64,000 nucleotides of DNA from an uncultured delta proteobacterium (GCA_963802945.1 CAWDKY010000030.1:192001-256000), one strand, 5' to 3'. Shown: positions 21,794-33,388, counted from the first letter of the stretch. Made by a program: numbers and translations. The notes: a model not told the origin generated them from the letters alone.

Positions 21794-21922
21794 ATGGCCA
21801 GGCCAAGGCCAGCCGGGTCTCTGGTGGCCACCAACAGTCTGGGGACTCCCTATGGATCGGATATGTGCTTTATTGCCTCTGTCAAAGTTATGCCATGGTT
21901 GTTGTTGCTGCTGGAAGATTAA
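21794..21922 (+). pseudogene. Orphan FN3-repeat end plus alternative C-terminal tail
   Basis: LVATNSLGTPYGSDMCFIASVKVMPWLLLLLED*, homologous to LVATNSAGTSYGSDMTF at 21330-21380. Confidence 0.8.
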
Positions 21923-22053
21923 TTAAACCTTGGCCCGTCGGTCTCACAGGTTTCAGTCTCCTTTTGACCCGGCTCAAAATATCATGGCCGGTACCCGTTA
22001 TTAAGCCGGGGTGCTAAAAATGATAATATATTTTTAGTAATGGGAAATATCAA

Positions 22054-22503
22054 ATGCGGCTGGTCATTCAAAGGGTCAAAGAAGCCCGGGTAACAGTCAA
22101 AGACGAGGTCGTCGGCGAAATCGGCAGAGGCATTCTGGTCTTTCTGGGCGTTGGGGCGGAAGACACCGAGGCCGACGTGGATTATCTGGTGGAAAAATGC
22201 CTTCACCTGCGAATCTTTCCTGACGCCGGCGAAAAATTCAATCTTTCCTTGATCGATGTTGGCGGGACCTTATTGGTGGTTTCGCAGTTTACCTTGTGGG
22301 GTGATTGCCGGAAAGGCAGACGGCCTTCGTTTACGGAATCGGCGCCTCCCGCGAAGGCCCAGCCTTTATATGATTCATTTATCGATAAAGCCCGGCAGAA
22401 AGGGATTCCTGTGGCCTGTGGCCGGTTTCAGGAGATGATGGATGTGCATTTAATCAATGATGGCCCGGTTACCTTTATTTTGGACAGCAAGAAGAACTTT
22501 TAA
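22054..22503 (+). CDS. dtd: D-aminoacyl-tRNA deacylase
   Basis: [32 protein letters not shown]. Confidence 0.97.
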   Translation: MRLVIQRVKEARVTVKDEVVGEIGRGILVFLGVGAEDTEADVDYLVEKCLHLRIFPDAGEKFNLSLIDVGGTLLVVSQFTLWGDCRKGRRPSFTESAPPAKAQPLYDSFIDKARQKGIPVACGRFQEMMDVHLINDGPVTFILDSKKNF

Positions 22504-22504
22504 G

Positions 22505-22650
22505 TAGGCGCCCACCAATCCCGCCTGCGGCGGGATTGCCCTCATCCCTCCCCGCCTTTTGGCGGGGCAGGCTTATTGCAACGTACTTCAATGTACGTCT
22601 CATTCTTCGGAATGAGGGCGCCTTGTATTTGAGCATTTTTGATCAGCCTA
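22505..22650. repeat. Dispersed intergenic repeat (homologue at 33418-33535) carrying extra hairpins
   Basis: Reverse strand GGCTGATCAAAAATGCTCAAATACAAGGCGCC...AATGAGACGTAC..AAGTACG..GCAAT matches 33419 GGCTGATCAAAAATGCACAGATGAAAGGCGCC...AATGAGGCGTAC..AAGTACG..GCAAT. Confidence 0.8.
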
Positions 22651-22711
22651 CAGAAAACAGTTTTATTGGGCTTAGTTAACTTCGGAGGAAAATTTTTTTT
22701 AATGGAGACTT

Positions 22712-23185
22712 ATGGCTGAGAATTCAACATCACTTCCTCCCTGCATGATCTTCGTCAGCAAGGAAGGTAAATGGTTTCATGAAGGGGCAGAGATCATTCA
22801 TCGGGCCATCTTTCTCTGGCTGATCCAAAGCCTGGAGAAGACCGAGGACGGCCTGTTCATCGTCCACCTCAACAATCAGAAATGTTATCTGGAGGTGGAA
22901 GACACCCCTCTGGTCGTCCAACAAGTGGACCGGATATCGGAAAGCTCTGAAGGACCTGAAAAGATCCGTCTTACCTTGAACGATGAATCCCAGGAAATCC
23001 TCGACCCGGAAACTTTAAGGATCAGTTCAGAGAGCGTCCTTTATTGCACGGTCAAGGCGGGTGAGTTTCCCGCCCGATTCCTTCGCCCGGCCTATTATCA
23101 GATTGCCGAAAACATTATTGAGGATGAGGCCGGCGGATTTCTCCTTCAACTTACCAATAAAAAATATCCGATTCGAGCGGTTTAG
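22712..23185 (+). CDS. DUF1285-like protein
   Basis: I.V.KEGKWFHEGAEI, LEVEDTP, LY..VK.G...ARF.RPAYYQ. Confidence 0.75.
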   Translation: MAENSTSLPPCMIFVSKEGKWFHEGAEIIHRAIFLWLIQSLEKTEDGLFIVHLNNQKCYLEVEDTPLVVQQVDRISESSEGPEKIRLTLNDESQEILDPETLRISSESVLYCTVKAGEFPARFLRPAYYQIAENIIEDEAGGFLLQLTNKKYPIRAV

Positions 23186-23194
23186 AGAGAAAAA

Positions 23195-23295
23195 ACGAAT
23201 ATCGAATCTTGAACATCGAATTTCGAAATCATGAAGTGCCGGGTTTCCAATTGACTTCGCAATTAAATATTCAATGTTCGCCATTCAATATTTTA
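23195..23295. repeat. Heptamer-armed hairpin element, copy 1 (divergent)
   Basis: (C/T)GAA-nnn left arm, ATGAAGT..GGTTTCC..GACTTC centre, ATTC-nnn right arm. Confidence 0.7.
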
Positions 23296-23331
23296 ATTCG
23301 TCGTGATGTTCAACGAGACAGGTACAAGGAT

Positions 23332-24345
23332 TTAGGTCGATATTAGACTTTCGCAGGCCTCCAAGACCTGACGGACGGTCAAATCAGCCAGACATTCTTT
23401 CTTGGTACAACCCTGCCTGGTTTTTGGGTCACAAGGAGCACAAGGAATTTCAGAAGCCAGAATCCTGACTGTTTTCCCCTTGGGACCCCAAAGGTCTGGA
23501 TCGGAAGGACCGAAAAGAACCATTGTAGGCAAACCCAAGGCGGCGACCAAATGAGAAACCCCGGAATCATTACCCAGATAACCGACACAATGGGACAAAA
23601 CACCAGCCAGCATTGGTAGGGAAAGTCCTTTGACGATCGGGAAACCAGAAGCCTGGATCACTGAGGGAGAAATAACACCGCTTTCCTTTTCTACCGGACC
23701 CAACAAAAAAATCGGCTGAACCCGATTACCGCCTCCCAATTTTTCTGCCGTTTCTAAAAATCGTTCCATTGGCCAATTTTTATGCGGACTGCCGCTGCCG
23801 GGATGGATGGCGAAGAGAGGTGGGTTATCATCAATCTTTAAATGCCGGCTCAAATACTTCTGAGCTTCATCAAGGTCTTCTTGGGCAGGGAAAATATATC
23901 TTCCGGATTCAATCCAGGGGATATTTTGGGATTCCAGAATTTCTTTTTGCAAAAGTTCCAAAGAGGTCCGGTGCTCAACATCCGGAAGAGAAGGTATCCA
24001 TAAAACCTTTGACAATCCGGCCCGGTTTAATCCCCGGATCAGTATTTCAGGTTGCTGGGCCGAAAGCAGATAGGCCTTTTGAAAGGAGAATAGATAATTT
24101 CGAAATGGATCAGGGATGGCCGTTTTTTCCTGATAAAGCCAGGCCCATTCTTTTTGATGGATGGAAATGATCTCCTGAGCATAGAACCGTTTATGAAGCA
24201 GAGACAAGGTCTCCAAGTTTCCAGCCATGGTCCAGGGGATGCCCTCTTCGAACAAACGCAGACAGTAAAGGGCCGGCAGAGACAGAACCAGATCACCCAG
24301 GGCACCCTGGTGAATAATAAGGATTGGAGCCGAAGATGCCTTCAA
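23332..24345 (-). CDS. GT9 family glycosyltransferase (LPS heptosyltransferase-like)
   Basis: GALGDLVLSLP, IHPGSGSPHKNWP, YLGNDSGVSHLVAA, LFGPSDP..WGP. Confidence 0.92.
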   Translation of the reverse strand: MKASSAPILIIHQGALGDLVLSLPALYCLRLFEEGIPWTMAGNLETLSLLHKRFYAQEIISIHQKEWAWLYQEKTAIPDPFRNYLFSFQKAYLLSAQQPEILIRGLNRAGLSKVLWIPSLPDVEHRTSLELLQKEILESQNIPWIESGRYIFPAQEDLDEAQKYLSRHLKIDDNPPLFAIHPGSGSPHKNWPMERFLETAEKLGGGNRVQPIFLLGPVEKESGVISPSVIQASGFPIVKGLSLPMLAGVLSHCVGYLGNDSGVSHLVAALGLPTMVLFGPSDPDLWGPKGKTVRILASEIPCAPCDPKTRQGCTKKECLADLTVRQVLEACESLIST

Positions 24346-24515
24346 TTAAAATCATTAGCCTTTCTGAAAATTTTCATTCGGAACCTGAACCAACATTAGA
24401 AGATTAAGTGCTAAAAACACTTTGTCAAGATAATATTTATCGTTTATAATAGGTTACAAATATGAAACGAAATCTCCTCTTTGATAGTACAGGATAAGAA
24501 ATGGAGGGCTCAAAA

Positions 24516-24725
24516 ATGAATAGAGAGTTTAGCGTAGTTATCGAAAAGGATGAAGATGGTTGTTTTGTGGCCTCCGTGCCTACCTTGCGAGGGTGTCACA
24601 CTCAGGCGAAATCACTTGATATTTTGATGAAAAGAATCAAGGAAGCCATTGAACTTTGTCTCGATGTGGAACAACCCGCAGCAACTGAGTTTATTGGGGT
24701 TCAACGTGTTGAGGTCACTCCGTGA
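24516..24725 (+). CDS. hicB: HicB-family antitoxin (short)
   Basis: VVIEKDEDG.FVASVP.L.GCHTQAKSLD.L...IKEAIELCL. Confidence 0.9.
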   Translation: MNREFSVVIEKDEDGCFVASVPTLRGCHTQAKSLDILMKRIKEAIELCLDVEQPAATEFIGVQRVEVTP

Positions 24726-24826
24726 GAGGCCTTCCTACTATCACCGGTAAACATCTCATTATAATGATCAAGGATACCTTCCATAATTTAGAGTTAAAAA
24801 TGCAGTGTTATACAGAAAAATTTTAG
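24722..24826 (+). pseudogene. Truncated HicA toxin
   Basis: GTGA overlap with hicB; MRGLPTITGKHLI resembles HicA N-termini; the GSH motif is absent. Confidence 0.6.
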
Positions 24827-24867
24827 AATAATTTGTTCCTCCCTCTTTCTCCAAATCAAAAGGGCGG

Positions 24868-26203
24868 TTATTGTCCTGCCCCTAATAATCCTTCTTCATC
24901 CATCCAAGCCTTCAAATCAGTCAGGGCCCTTTGGGCATAGGCCTTGCCTCGAAAACGACGGGAGACCTTCCCCTCGAGAGGAGGGAAAAGGCCGAAGTTG
25001 ATGTTCATGGGTTGAAAATCTTTTTTAGGTGCTCGGCTGATATGGGCTGCCAAAGCACCAATGGCGGTTGTGGGCCGGAGGAATGACCAGCGGTTTATCC
25101 TTCAAAAGACGGCAGGCATTGATTCCGGCCAGGATCCCCATAGCCGCCGATTCCACATAACCTTCCACCCCGGTAATCTGACCGGCCAAGAAAATCTGAA
25201 GGGACTTTTTGAGTTGAAGGGTAGGCAGCAGCACCTCAGGACCATTGACAAAGGTATTACGATGGATACTGCCCAGACGGGCGAACTCCGCCTGTTCCAG
25301 TCCGGGTATCAGGCGAAAGATGCGTTCCTGTTCCGGCCATTTGAGTTTGGTCTGAAAACCAACCATGTTGAATAAAGTCCCTTCCTGATTGTCCTGCCGC
25401 AATTGAACTACTGCATAAGGAATTTTTCCCGTTCGGGGATCGGGTAGGCCTACCGGTTTCATCGGACCGAATCGCAAGGTATCTCTTCCCCGCTCGGCCA
25501 TGATCTCGATAGGCAGACAGCCTTCAAAATAGCGGGGCTCCTCAAAAGCATGAAGCGGCACTTGTTCGGCTTGAAGGAGTTGCCCCAGGAAAATCTGATA
25601 TTCTTCTTCATTGAAAGGGCAGTTGATATAGTCGGCCCCACCGTGCCCGTACCTCGATCCTCGAAAGGTTTTATTTAAATCAACGGAATCCAGAAAAACA
25701 ATCGGGGCAATGGCATCGTAAAAATGCAGATGATTTGAACCCAGCAATTCTCCAAGGGCTTGAGCCAATTCATCGGTGGTCAAAGGGCCGGTAGCCAGGA
25801 TCAACGGGCCTTTCGGAAGGGTGGAAACATCTTGGTTTATGATCTCTATCAGAGGATGGGTCGTTATTCGACCGGTAATGAAGCGGGCGAATCCTTCGCG
25901 GTCCACAGCCAGGGATTTTCCGGCCGGCACCTGACAGGCCCGGGCCGCTTCCATGACCAGAGACCCCAGAAGACGCATTTCTTCTTTCAGCAGCCCGACC
26001 GCCATTTCCAGGTCCTGAGAGCGAAAGGAATTGCTGCACACCAGTTCAGCCAACAATGGAGAATGATGGGCCGGAGAAAAACGAAGCGGCTTCATCTCCA
26101 GAAGCCGGACCCGGATCCCTTGCCCGGACGCCTGCCAGGCGGCCTCACACCCGGCCAAGCCCCCACCGATGATGGTGAGTGTCATTTTCTCTTCACTTTG
26201 CAT
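24868..26203 (-). CDS. trmFO: tRNA (uracil-5-)-methyltransferase TrmFO/Gid (frameshift near 25065)
   Basis: [61 protein letters not shown]. Confidence 0.97.
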
Positions 26204-26310
26204 TTTTTTTGATACCCCAAATAATTTTATACCAATCCGATGATCGAAACAAGGACATTGCTCCGGCCCCCCTAAAATGCACTTGACTTTTTCTTTTTAT
26301 TAGTTTAATT

Positions 26311-26340
26311 ATTAAATTGTTTAATTGTTTAATTGTTTAA
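26311..26340 (+). promoter_or_regulatory. Tandem AATTGTTT direct repeats, probable TA operator
   Basis: ATTAAATTGTTTAATTGTTTAATTGTTTAA between TTGACT (26284) and the RBS of the antitoxin. Confidence 0.45.
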
Positions 26341-26361
26341 GATAAAGGAGCATAAAACGAT

Positions 26362-26640
26362 ATGGCAACCGTATTAAAAATCAGCCCTCAAGGTCAAATT
26401 CGCATCCCCAAAAAATTGATGGAAATTCTTGATCTTCAAAAAGGAGATTATATTGAGATGGGTTTAGAAAAAAACGAAATCGTCCTAAAACCCAGAAAAC
26501 TGATTGACCCTGCCCAGGGATGGTATTGGACCAGAGAATGGCAAAAAGAAGAAACAGAAGTGGACAAGCAAATTGAAAAAGGAGAACTGTCCCCCAAATT
26601 CCGATCGGCCGAAGAAGGTCTCAAGTGGTTAAAAAAATAG
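26362..26640 (+). CDS. AbrB/MazE-type antitoxin
   Basis: GQIRIPK.....L.L..GD.IE; IDPAQGWYWTREWQ..E. Confidence 0.88.
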   Translation: MATVLKISPQGQIRIPKKLMEILDLQKGDYIEMGLEKNEIVLKPRKLIDPAQGWYWTREWQKEETEVDKQIEKGELSPKFRSAEEGLKWLKK

Positions 26641-26897
26641 AAGCCTACCAATTCAGCAACAAATTTAAAAAGGAGTTCAAAAATCTTCCCAGGGAAGTCC
26701 AAAAAAAGTTTGAGGAAAAGCTCTCGTTATTTCTTAATAATATTTTCCATCCCTCACTCAGAGTAAAAAAGATTCAAGGAACAAAGGATCGATGGGAAGG
26801 ATCTATAACTCAGAATTATCGGGTCACTTTTCAGTTTACCGAAAATAATTTGATCGTTTTCCGAAGAATCGGAACCCATGATATTTTAAAAAAATAA
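26625..26897 (+). CDS. RelE/ParE superfamily toxin
   Basis: FKKEFKNLP, HPSLRVKKIQG, WEGSITQNYRVTF, RRIGTHDIL. Confidence 0.88.
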   Translation: MVKKIEAYQFSNKFKKEFKNLPREVQKKFEEKLSLFLNNIFHPSLRVKKIQGTKDRWEGSITQNYRVTFQFTENNLIVFRRIGTHDILKK

Positions 26898-26939
26898 AGT
26901 GCGTTCTTTTGACAATTTAGTAATATAGCACCAAAAGTT

Positions 26940-27068
26940 TTTGATGCCATCCATCTGGCTTCGGCCCTACTGATCCAAAAAGAAGTCCCTCTGGCCGTTA
27001 ATTTTATTTGTTTTGATCGTCATTTAAATAAAGCTGCGGTCGAAGAAGGCCTTATTATACCTTTTTAA
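26940..27068 (+). pseudogene. 3' remnant of a VapC/PIN toxin
   Basis: FDAIHLASALLIQKEVPLAVNFICFDRHLNKAAVEEGLIIPF*; no 5' half. Confidence 0.8.
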
Positions 27069-27134
27069 CAACAAAAGGTTTATTTTCTAAATCTTCTTTG
27101 ACTCTATTCTGTAAACGAAAAATACTTTATTACC

Positions 27135-27295
27135 CATACCCCATTTCCGCGGAATTACGTATGCTGTCCCCGGAATCCCGGACTTGATCCGGGATCCAGG
27201 TTATCGTAATTTCCTGAGGTCTGGATTCCGGATCTCCCTTTGGTCGTCCGGAATGACAACCTTAAACTCAGGTAATTTCCTGCGAATGCTGTATA
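27135..27295. repeat. Composite REP/MITE-like repeat
   Basis: GGAATTACGTATGCTGTCCCCGGAAT, CCCGGACTTGATCCGGG hairpin, CTGGATTCCGGA...TCCGGAATGAC; imperfect inverted ends. Confidence 0.65.
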
Positions 27296-27334
27296 AGATA
27301 GATTATTATGAACTAAGTCAATAGGCAATATTAT

Positions 27335-27613
27335 TTAATTAAGGCAAAGGAGAACAAAACAATATGGCAACCGCCTTCCCGGAGGTAAATTATTTGCCCC
27401 GGCATTCTTTTGCCAATTCCACTTTATTGGATTTCCCCTTAATAAATGCTGGCAAGGCCCTCTTTTTACAACTTTCATAAAAAGAAAGATGTCTCTTTCT
27501 CTGAATGCAATTAAAAACTGTGAGGATTTTGGGATTAGAAATTTATCTTGATAAAAAGGGAATACAGGCTGGCTGGCAAAATGCAACAATAGGTCCATTT
27601 GATTTTTGCTCAT
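27335..27613 (-). CDS. Hypothetical protein (doubtful)
   Basis: 92-aa ORF with GAGGG upstream; no recognisable motif. Confidence 0.25.
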   Translation of the reverse strand: MSKNQMDLLLHFASQPVFPFYQDKFLIPKSSQFLIAFRERDIFLFMKVVKRGPCQHLLRGNPIKWNWQKNAGANNLPPGRRLPYCFVLLCLN

Positions 27614-27781
27614 AGAACCCTCGTTATTAGTTGCGTGTTGAATAATACTAGCTGCGAGCTTATAAAAAAAACCTATTGAAACAGCCGGAAGATCAAGGCT
27701 TGAAATCTTGCAGGATTTTGAATCTTTATCTTAAAAAAATCATGTCAATGGAAAAATTATGAAAATATCCGTGAACTTCTT

Positions 27782-30218
27782 CTATTCGTTCTCCTTCTTC
27801 TCCTGATAGCCGCACTCTTTATTGGCGCAGGACCAGACCGTCCCGTCTTTTTTAGTCGTCTTCTCCACTAAAAAAGGGGCCTGGCATTGGGGGCAGGGTT
27901 CCATGACCGGCTTTCCCCAGATCATGAGTTTACATTCCGGATAGCGGCTGCAGCCGAAAAATTTCATGCCCTTTTTACGGGCCACTCGGGAGACCAGCAT
28001 CCCGGAACAGCCGGGCGTCGGGCAGGGAAACTCGGTGGTCACCGGCAGGGTCGATTTACATTTGGGGTATTTTTCACAGGCCAGAAAGGTCCCGCCAAAA
28101 CGGTTTTTTTTCACCACCATTGGGCCTCCGCACTTGGGACAGACCTGGTCGCTGACCGCCTTGGGGAGAGGCTCGGCAGGCTTCCCTTCGGAGGAAATCG
28201 GCTGTGTTTCTTTACAATCCGGATAACCCGAACAGGCCCAGAAAGATCCAAATCGTCCCTGGCGGACCACCATGGGTTTCCCGCACTGGGGACATTCTTT
28301 TCCCGAACCGTCGGATTGTGAGGTTTCCGCAGTCACCGGCTGGATCTTTCCTTTTTCATCCCGGACAAAATTTTGCGTTTGTTTGCAGGCCGGATACCCG
28401 GAACAGGCCAGAAAAGGCCCGTTTTTCCCAATACGGATGGTCATGGGTTTGCCGCAGGTCGGGCAGACAATATCGGTCTTTAGGCCCTTGCCCCGCACCT
28501 GTCTCATTTCCGCACGAGCCCGTTCCAGGGTCTGGGCAAAGGGCTGATAAAAATCCCCCAGAACCTTTGTCCACACCTGTTTTCCTTCTTCGATCTGATC
28601 CAGGTTGTTTTCCATCAGGGCAGTAAACTGGACATCGAGAATCTCGGGAAAATTTTTCACCAGGAGATCATTGACCAGAAAACCCAGTTCAGTGGGAAAG
28701 AAAAAATATTTTTCTTTTTTGACATAGTCTTTTTCTTGAATCGTAGAAATGATGGTCGCATAGGTACTGGGGCGGCCGATCCCTTTTTCTTCCAGCTCCT
28801 TGACCAGCGTGGCTTCGGTATAACGGGCAGGCGGCTGGGTAAAATGCTGTTTGGGGGTGATCTGAAGCAAGGTCAGTTTCTGATGAAGCTGAAGCCTGGG
28901 GAGCTGTCCTTTTTTTTCTTCCTCTTCTTCTTCCGAAGAAACAATATCTTTCCCGACTTCATAGACGGCCGTAAAACCGGGAAAACGCAAGACCGAGCCC
29001 GAAGCCCGAAGTAAATAGTCCCCGGCCTTGATATCCACTTGAGTCTGATCGAACAGGGCGGCCTTCATCTGACTGGCCACAAACCGATTCCAGATCAGAC
29101 GATAGAGGGCCAGTAGATCCTTATCCAGAAAGCGGGCCAGGGCATCCGGCCTTAAATTCATGGAAGTCGGACGAATGGCCTCATGGGCGTCCTGGGCCGA
29201 CTTTTTATTAGTATAGAAATGGGGTTTTCCGGGCACATATTCCGTTCCGAACTGTCCCTGGATATAGCTCCGAACGGCCGTCAGGGCCTCCTGTGAAACT
29301 CGGGTGGAATCGGTGCGCATATAGGTGATCAAGCCGACCAATCCCTCATCCCCCACCTCGACCCCTTCATAGAGCCGCTGGGCCAGAAACATGGTCTTCT
29401 TGGCCGGAAAACGCAATTTACGAAAGGCCTCTTGCTGTAATTGGCTGGTGGTAAAGGGAGGCAAGGGACTGCGTTTGCGTTCCTTCTTTTCGATGTTGAC
29501 AACCTGGAAAGGCTCTTGCGACAAGGCGGCTGCTGATTGTTTGGGCCTGTTCTTCATTGACGATCTTGACGGCCTTCCCCTGGGCTTTGATCAGCCTGGC
29601 TTCAAAGTCAGGGGGAATATTGGCCTGAAGCAAGGCGGTGATCGACCAATATTCTTTGGAAACAAAGGCCTGGATTTCCCGTTCCCGGTCGCAGATCAGT
29701 CGAACGGCCACAGACTGCACCCTGCCGGCGCTCAAGCCTCTTTTGACCTTATCCCAGAGCAGGGGAGAGATCTGGTATCCCACCAGTCGATCCAAAATGC
29801 GCCGGGCCAGTTGGGACTGAACACGTTGTTCATTCAACGCCTCCGGATGCGCCAGGGCTTCCTGAATCGCCTTGGGGGAAAGTTCGTTAAACAAAACCCG
29901 ATGGAATTCTTTATCCTTGCCGGCCAGCTCTTCGGCCAGATGCCAGGCAATGGCCTCTCCTTCGCGGTCCGGGTCCGGGGCCAGGTAAATATGACGAATC
30001 TTTTTCGCCGCCTGTTTGAGTTCTTTCAACACCCGGTCTTTTCCGGAAATAATCTGAAATTCAGGCTTGAATTTATTTTCAATATCCACTCCGAGCAGGT
30101 TGGTGGGCAAATCCTTAATATGTCCGAGTGAGGCCTTGACCTCAAACTCAGGACCCAGATATTTTTTAATGGTTCGAACCTTGGTAGGCGATTCTACAAT
30201 CAACAACGATTTTTCCAT
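27782..30218 (-). CDS. topA: DNA topoisomerase I with C-terminal C4 zinc ribbons (frameshift near 29530)
   Basis: LLIVESPTK, DPDREGEAIAWH, SAGRVQS, LITYMRTDS, QDAHEAIRPT, GIGRPSTY, five CPxC-type repeats. Confidence 0.98.
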
Positions 30219-30369
30219 TATTCCTTTTTCCATCATTCTCTAGAGTAATTGTTTTTCAAGAGAGGTCCTTGTAAATCTCGCAAATTCCGTCACACCGGCC
30301 CCGCATCAAGTGCGGGATAGACTCCAGCCGGTGTCCAGGAAGCACTGAAAAGACTGGATTCCGGCTTCC

Positions 30370-30557
30370 GAGACTGTGTCGTAATGGCAGATAGAGCCGT
30401 CAAGGCCGTCATGCCGGCGGAAGCCGGCATCCAGACGTCGTCCCGGCGAAAGCCGGGAACCAGACCCATATGGATTCCCCCGGATCGAGTCCGGGGCAGG
30501 CTCCTCGTCGCGCTTCGCTTGCACGGAATGACAAAAATATAATTGCGACACAGTCTC
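30370..30557. mobile_element. MITE (188 bp) inserted in a REP-like hairpin; 3-bp TSD TCC
   Basis: TIRs GAGACTGTGTCGTAAT / ATTGCGACACAGTCTC; flanks CTGGATTCCGGCT-TCC and TCC-GCCGGAATGAC; near-identical inverted copy at 41527-41721. Confidence 0.88.
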
Positions 30558-30666
30558 TCCGCCGGAATGACGTCACGGGACTCTTGCAAAAGGATCATGA
30601 GCAAAAATAAAAATCCAGCATCTAATATCCAGTATCAAGAATCCAGTATCCAGTATCAAACCCCTC

Positions 30667-31776
30667 TTACCCGCGAACGAACATTTTCCCCGGCAATTGT
30701 TTGATCAGGCCCTTGAGTTCCATTTCCAGCAGTAAAGACAACATTGGGGCAATCCCTATTCCGGCCTGCCGGACCATCTGATCCACGTGAAGGGACCCAT
30801 CGGCCAGGAGGTCCCATATTTGTTTTTCTTTCGAAGAAAGAGAAGAAATTCTGTCAGGGACTTTAGATTTTGTTTTCGGCCCAACCTCGTTGGGTGATTC
30901 CTCCCAATGAAGTTCCTCCAAAATGTCCCCGGCATGTTCCACCAACTTGGCCCCTTGTTTGATCAGGCTATGGGTTCCGGAACTTTTAAAGGATTCGACG
31001 CTTCCGGGAACGGCAAAGACCTCCCTCCCCTGCTCCAGAGCCAACCGGGCCGTAATCAAAGAGCCGCTGCGCTGCGTAGCTTCAACAATGACCACTCCCA
31101 GGGCCATCCCGCTGATAATCCTATTTCGGATTGGAAAATTTTGACGTTCCGGAAGTGTGCCCAGAGGAAACTCGGAACAGACCATACCCAAATCAACTAT
31201 GCGATCATAGAGCTTTTTATTTTCCGACGGATAAATAACATCCAGACCTGAACCAAGCACGGCCACGGTCCTGCCTTGGGCCATCAAGGCCCCTTGATGG
31301 GCTGCGGTATCGATACCTCGGGCCATCCCGCTGACAATAGTCAATCCTTTTTGAGATAAACCCCAGGCCAATCGTTCGGTCATTTTGATCCCATAAGGAG
31401 TCCCCATCCTGGAACCGACTAAAGACAGGCAGTGGCTATCCTGAGCGGCAGGGGAACCTTGGTAAAATAAATAAGGGGGAGGATCATGGATCTGGGCCAG
31501 GAGAGGAGGATAAAGAGGATCGGTTAAGGTCAAGATCCCTATCTTTTGCTTTTCCAGTTCATCCAGTTCCCGCTCAATTTTTTCAGCCCTTTTAAATTTG
31601 ACAATGGCCAGGGCGATATTTTTCCTCATCCCTTCGATAGATTGCAAATCCCCAGGGTCGGCCTGGAAAACCTTTTCAGGAGATCCATACCTCTCAATAA
31701 GACGGGCATAGCTGACCTTTCCTAATCCGGCGATCCGGTTCAAGGCCAGCCAGTAATAAAGGGATTTGCGATCCAT
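30667..31776 (-). CDS. dprA: DNA-processing protein DprA
   Basis: VGSR..T.YG, IVSGMARGIDTAAH, FPIRNRIISG, SGSLITA, GREVFAVPG. Confidence 0.97.
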   Translation of the reverse strand: MDRKSLYYWLALNRIAGLGKVSYARLIERYGSPEKVFQADPGDLQSIEGMRKNIALAIVKFKRAEKIERELDELEKQKIGILTLTDPLYPPLLAQIHDPPPYLFYQGSPAAQDSHCLSLVGSRMGTPYGIKMTERLAWGLSQKGLTIVSGMARGIDTAAHQGALMAQGRTVAVLGSGLDVIYPSENKKLYDRIVDLGMVCSEFPLGTLPERQNFPIRNRIISGMALGVVIVEATQRSGSLITARLALEQGREVFAVPGSVESFKSSGTHSLIKQGAKLVEHAGDILEELHWEESPNEVGPKTKSKVPDRISSLSSKEKQIWDLLADGSLHVDQMVRQAGIGIAPMLSLLLEMELKGLIKQLPGKMFVRG

Positions 31777-31898
31777 GGTCCTAAGAAAAAAAGTTTATAG
31801 TTCAGAGTTCGGAGTTCAGAGCTCGGAGTTCAGAGTGACCGCTTGGAGTGATAAGGCTTTTCGCCATGCTCGTAACTGCGAACTTGTCTTTGACTTAC

Positions 31899-32267
31899 TC
31901 AGGCCGGCTTCGTGGGTTGAGGAACCTCTTGTCCGGGCCCGGCTAAGCCGGAAACAAAACTCCTGGCCACTTTGATACGCACCTTGTCGGCCACTTCCAG
32001 GACGATAATATTATCATTAATCTCAGCAATCCGTCCGTAGATCCCTCCAGTGGTGATGACCGAGTCCCCTCGTTTCAGATTGCCCAACAATTCTCGATGT
32101 TGTTTGGCCTTTTTTTGTTGTGGCCGGATCAATAAAAAATAAAAAATCACGAACATCAAAACCAAGGGGATCAATCCGGTAAATCCCCCTGCTCCGGATC
32201 CCCCGGATCCTCCGGATCCTCCACCCGGAAGCCCCATGGCCTCGGCAACGGCAGTGAACAGATACAT
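31899..32267 (-). CDS. yajC: Preprotein translocase subunit YajC
   Basis: IFYFLLIRPQQKKAK, LKRGDSVITTGGIYG. Confidence 0.96.
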   Translation of the reverse strand: MYLFTAVAEAMGLPGGGSGGSGGSGAGGFTGLIPLVLMFVIFYFLLIRPQQKKAKQHRELLGNLKRGDSVITTGGIYGRIAEINDNIIVLEVADKVRIKVARSFVSGLAGPGQEVPQPTKPA

Positions 32268-32272
32268 AAACG

Positions 32273-33388
<1,116 letters not shown>

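Noticed and set aside
30290-30604. ORFs at 30290-30604 and 41486-41800 that resemble each other
   Set aside because: Translations of the MITE/REP repeat, not proteins
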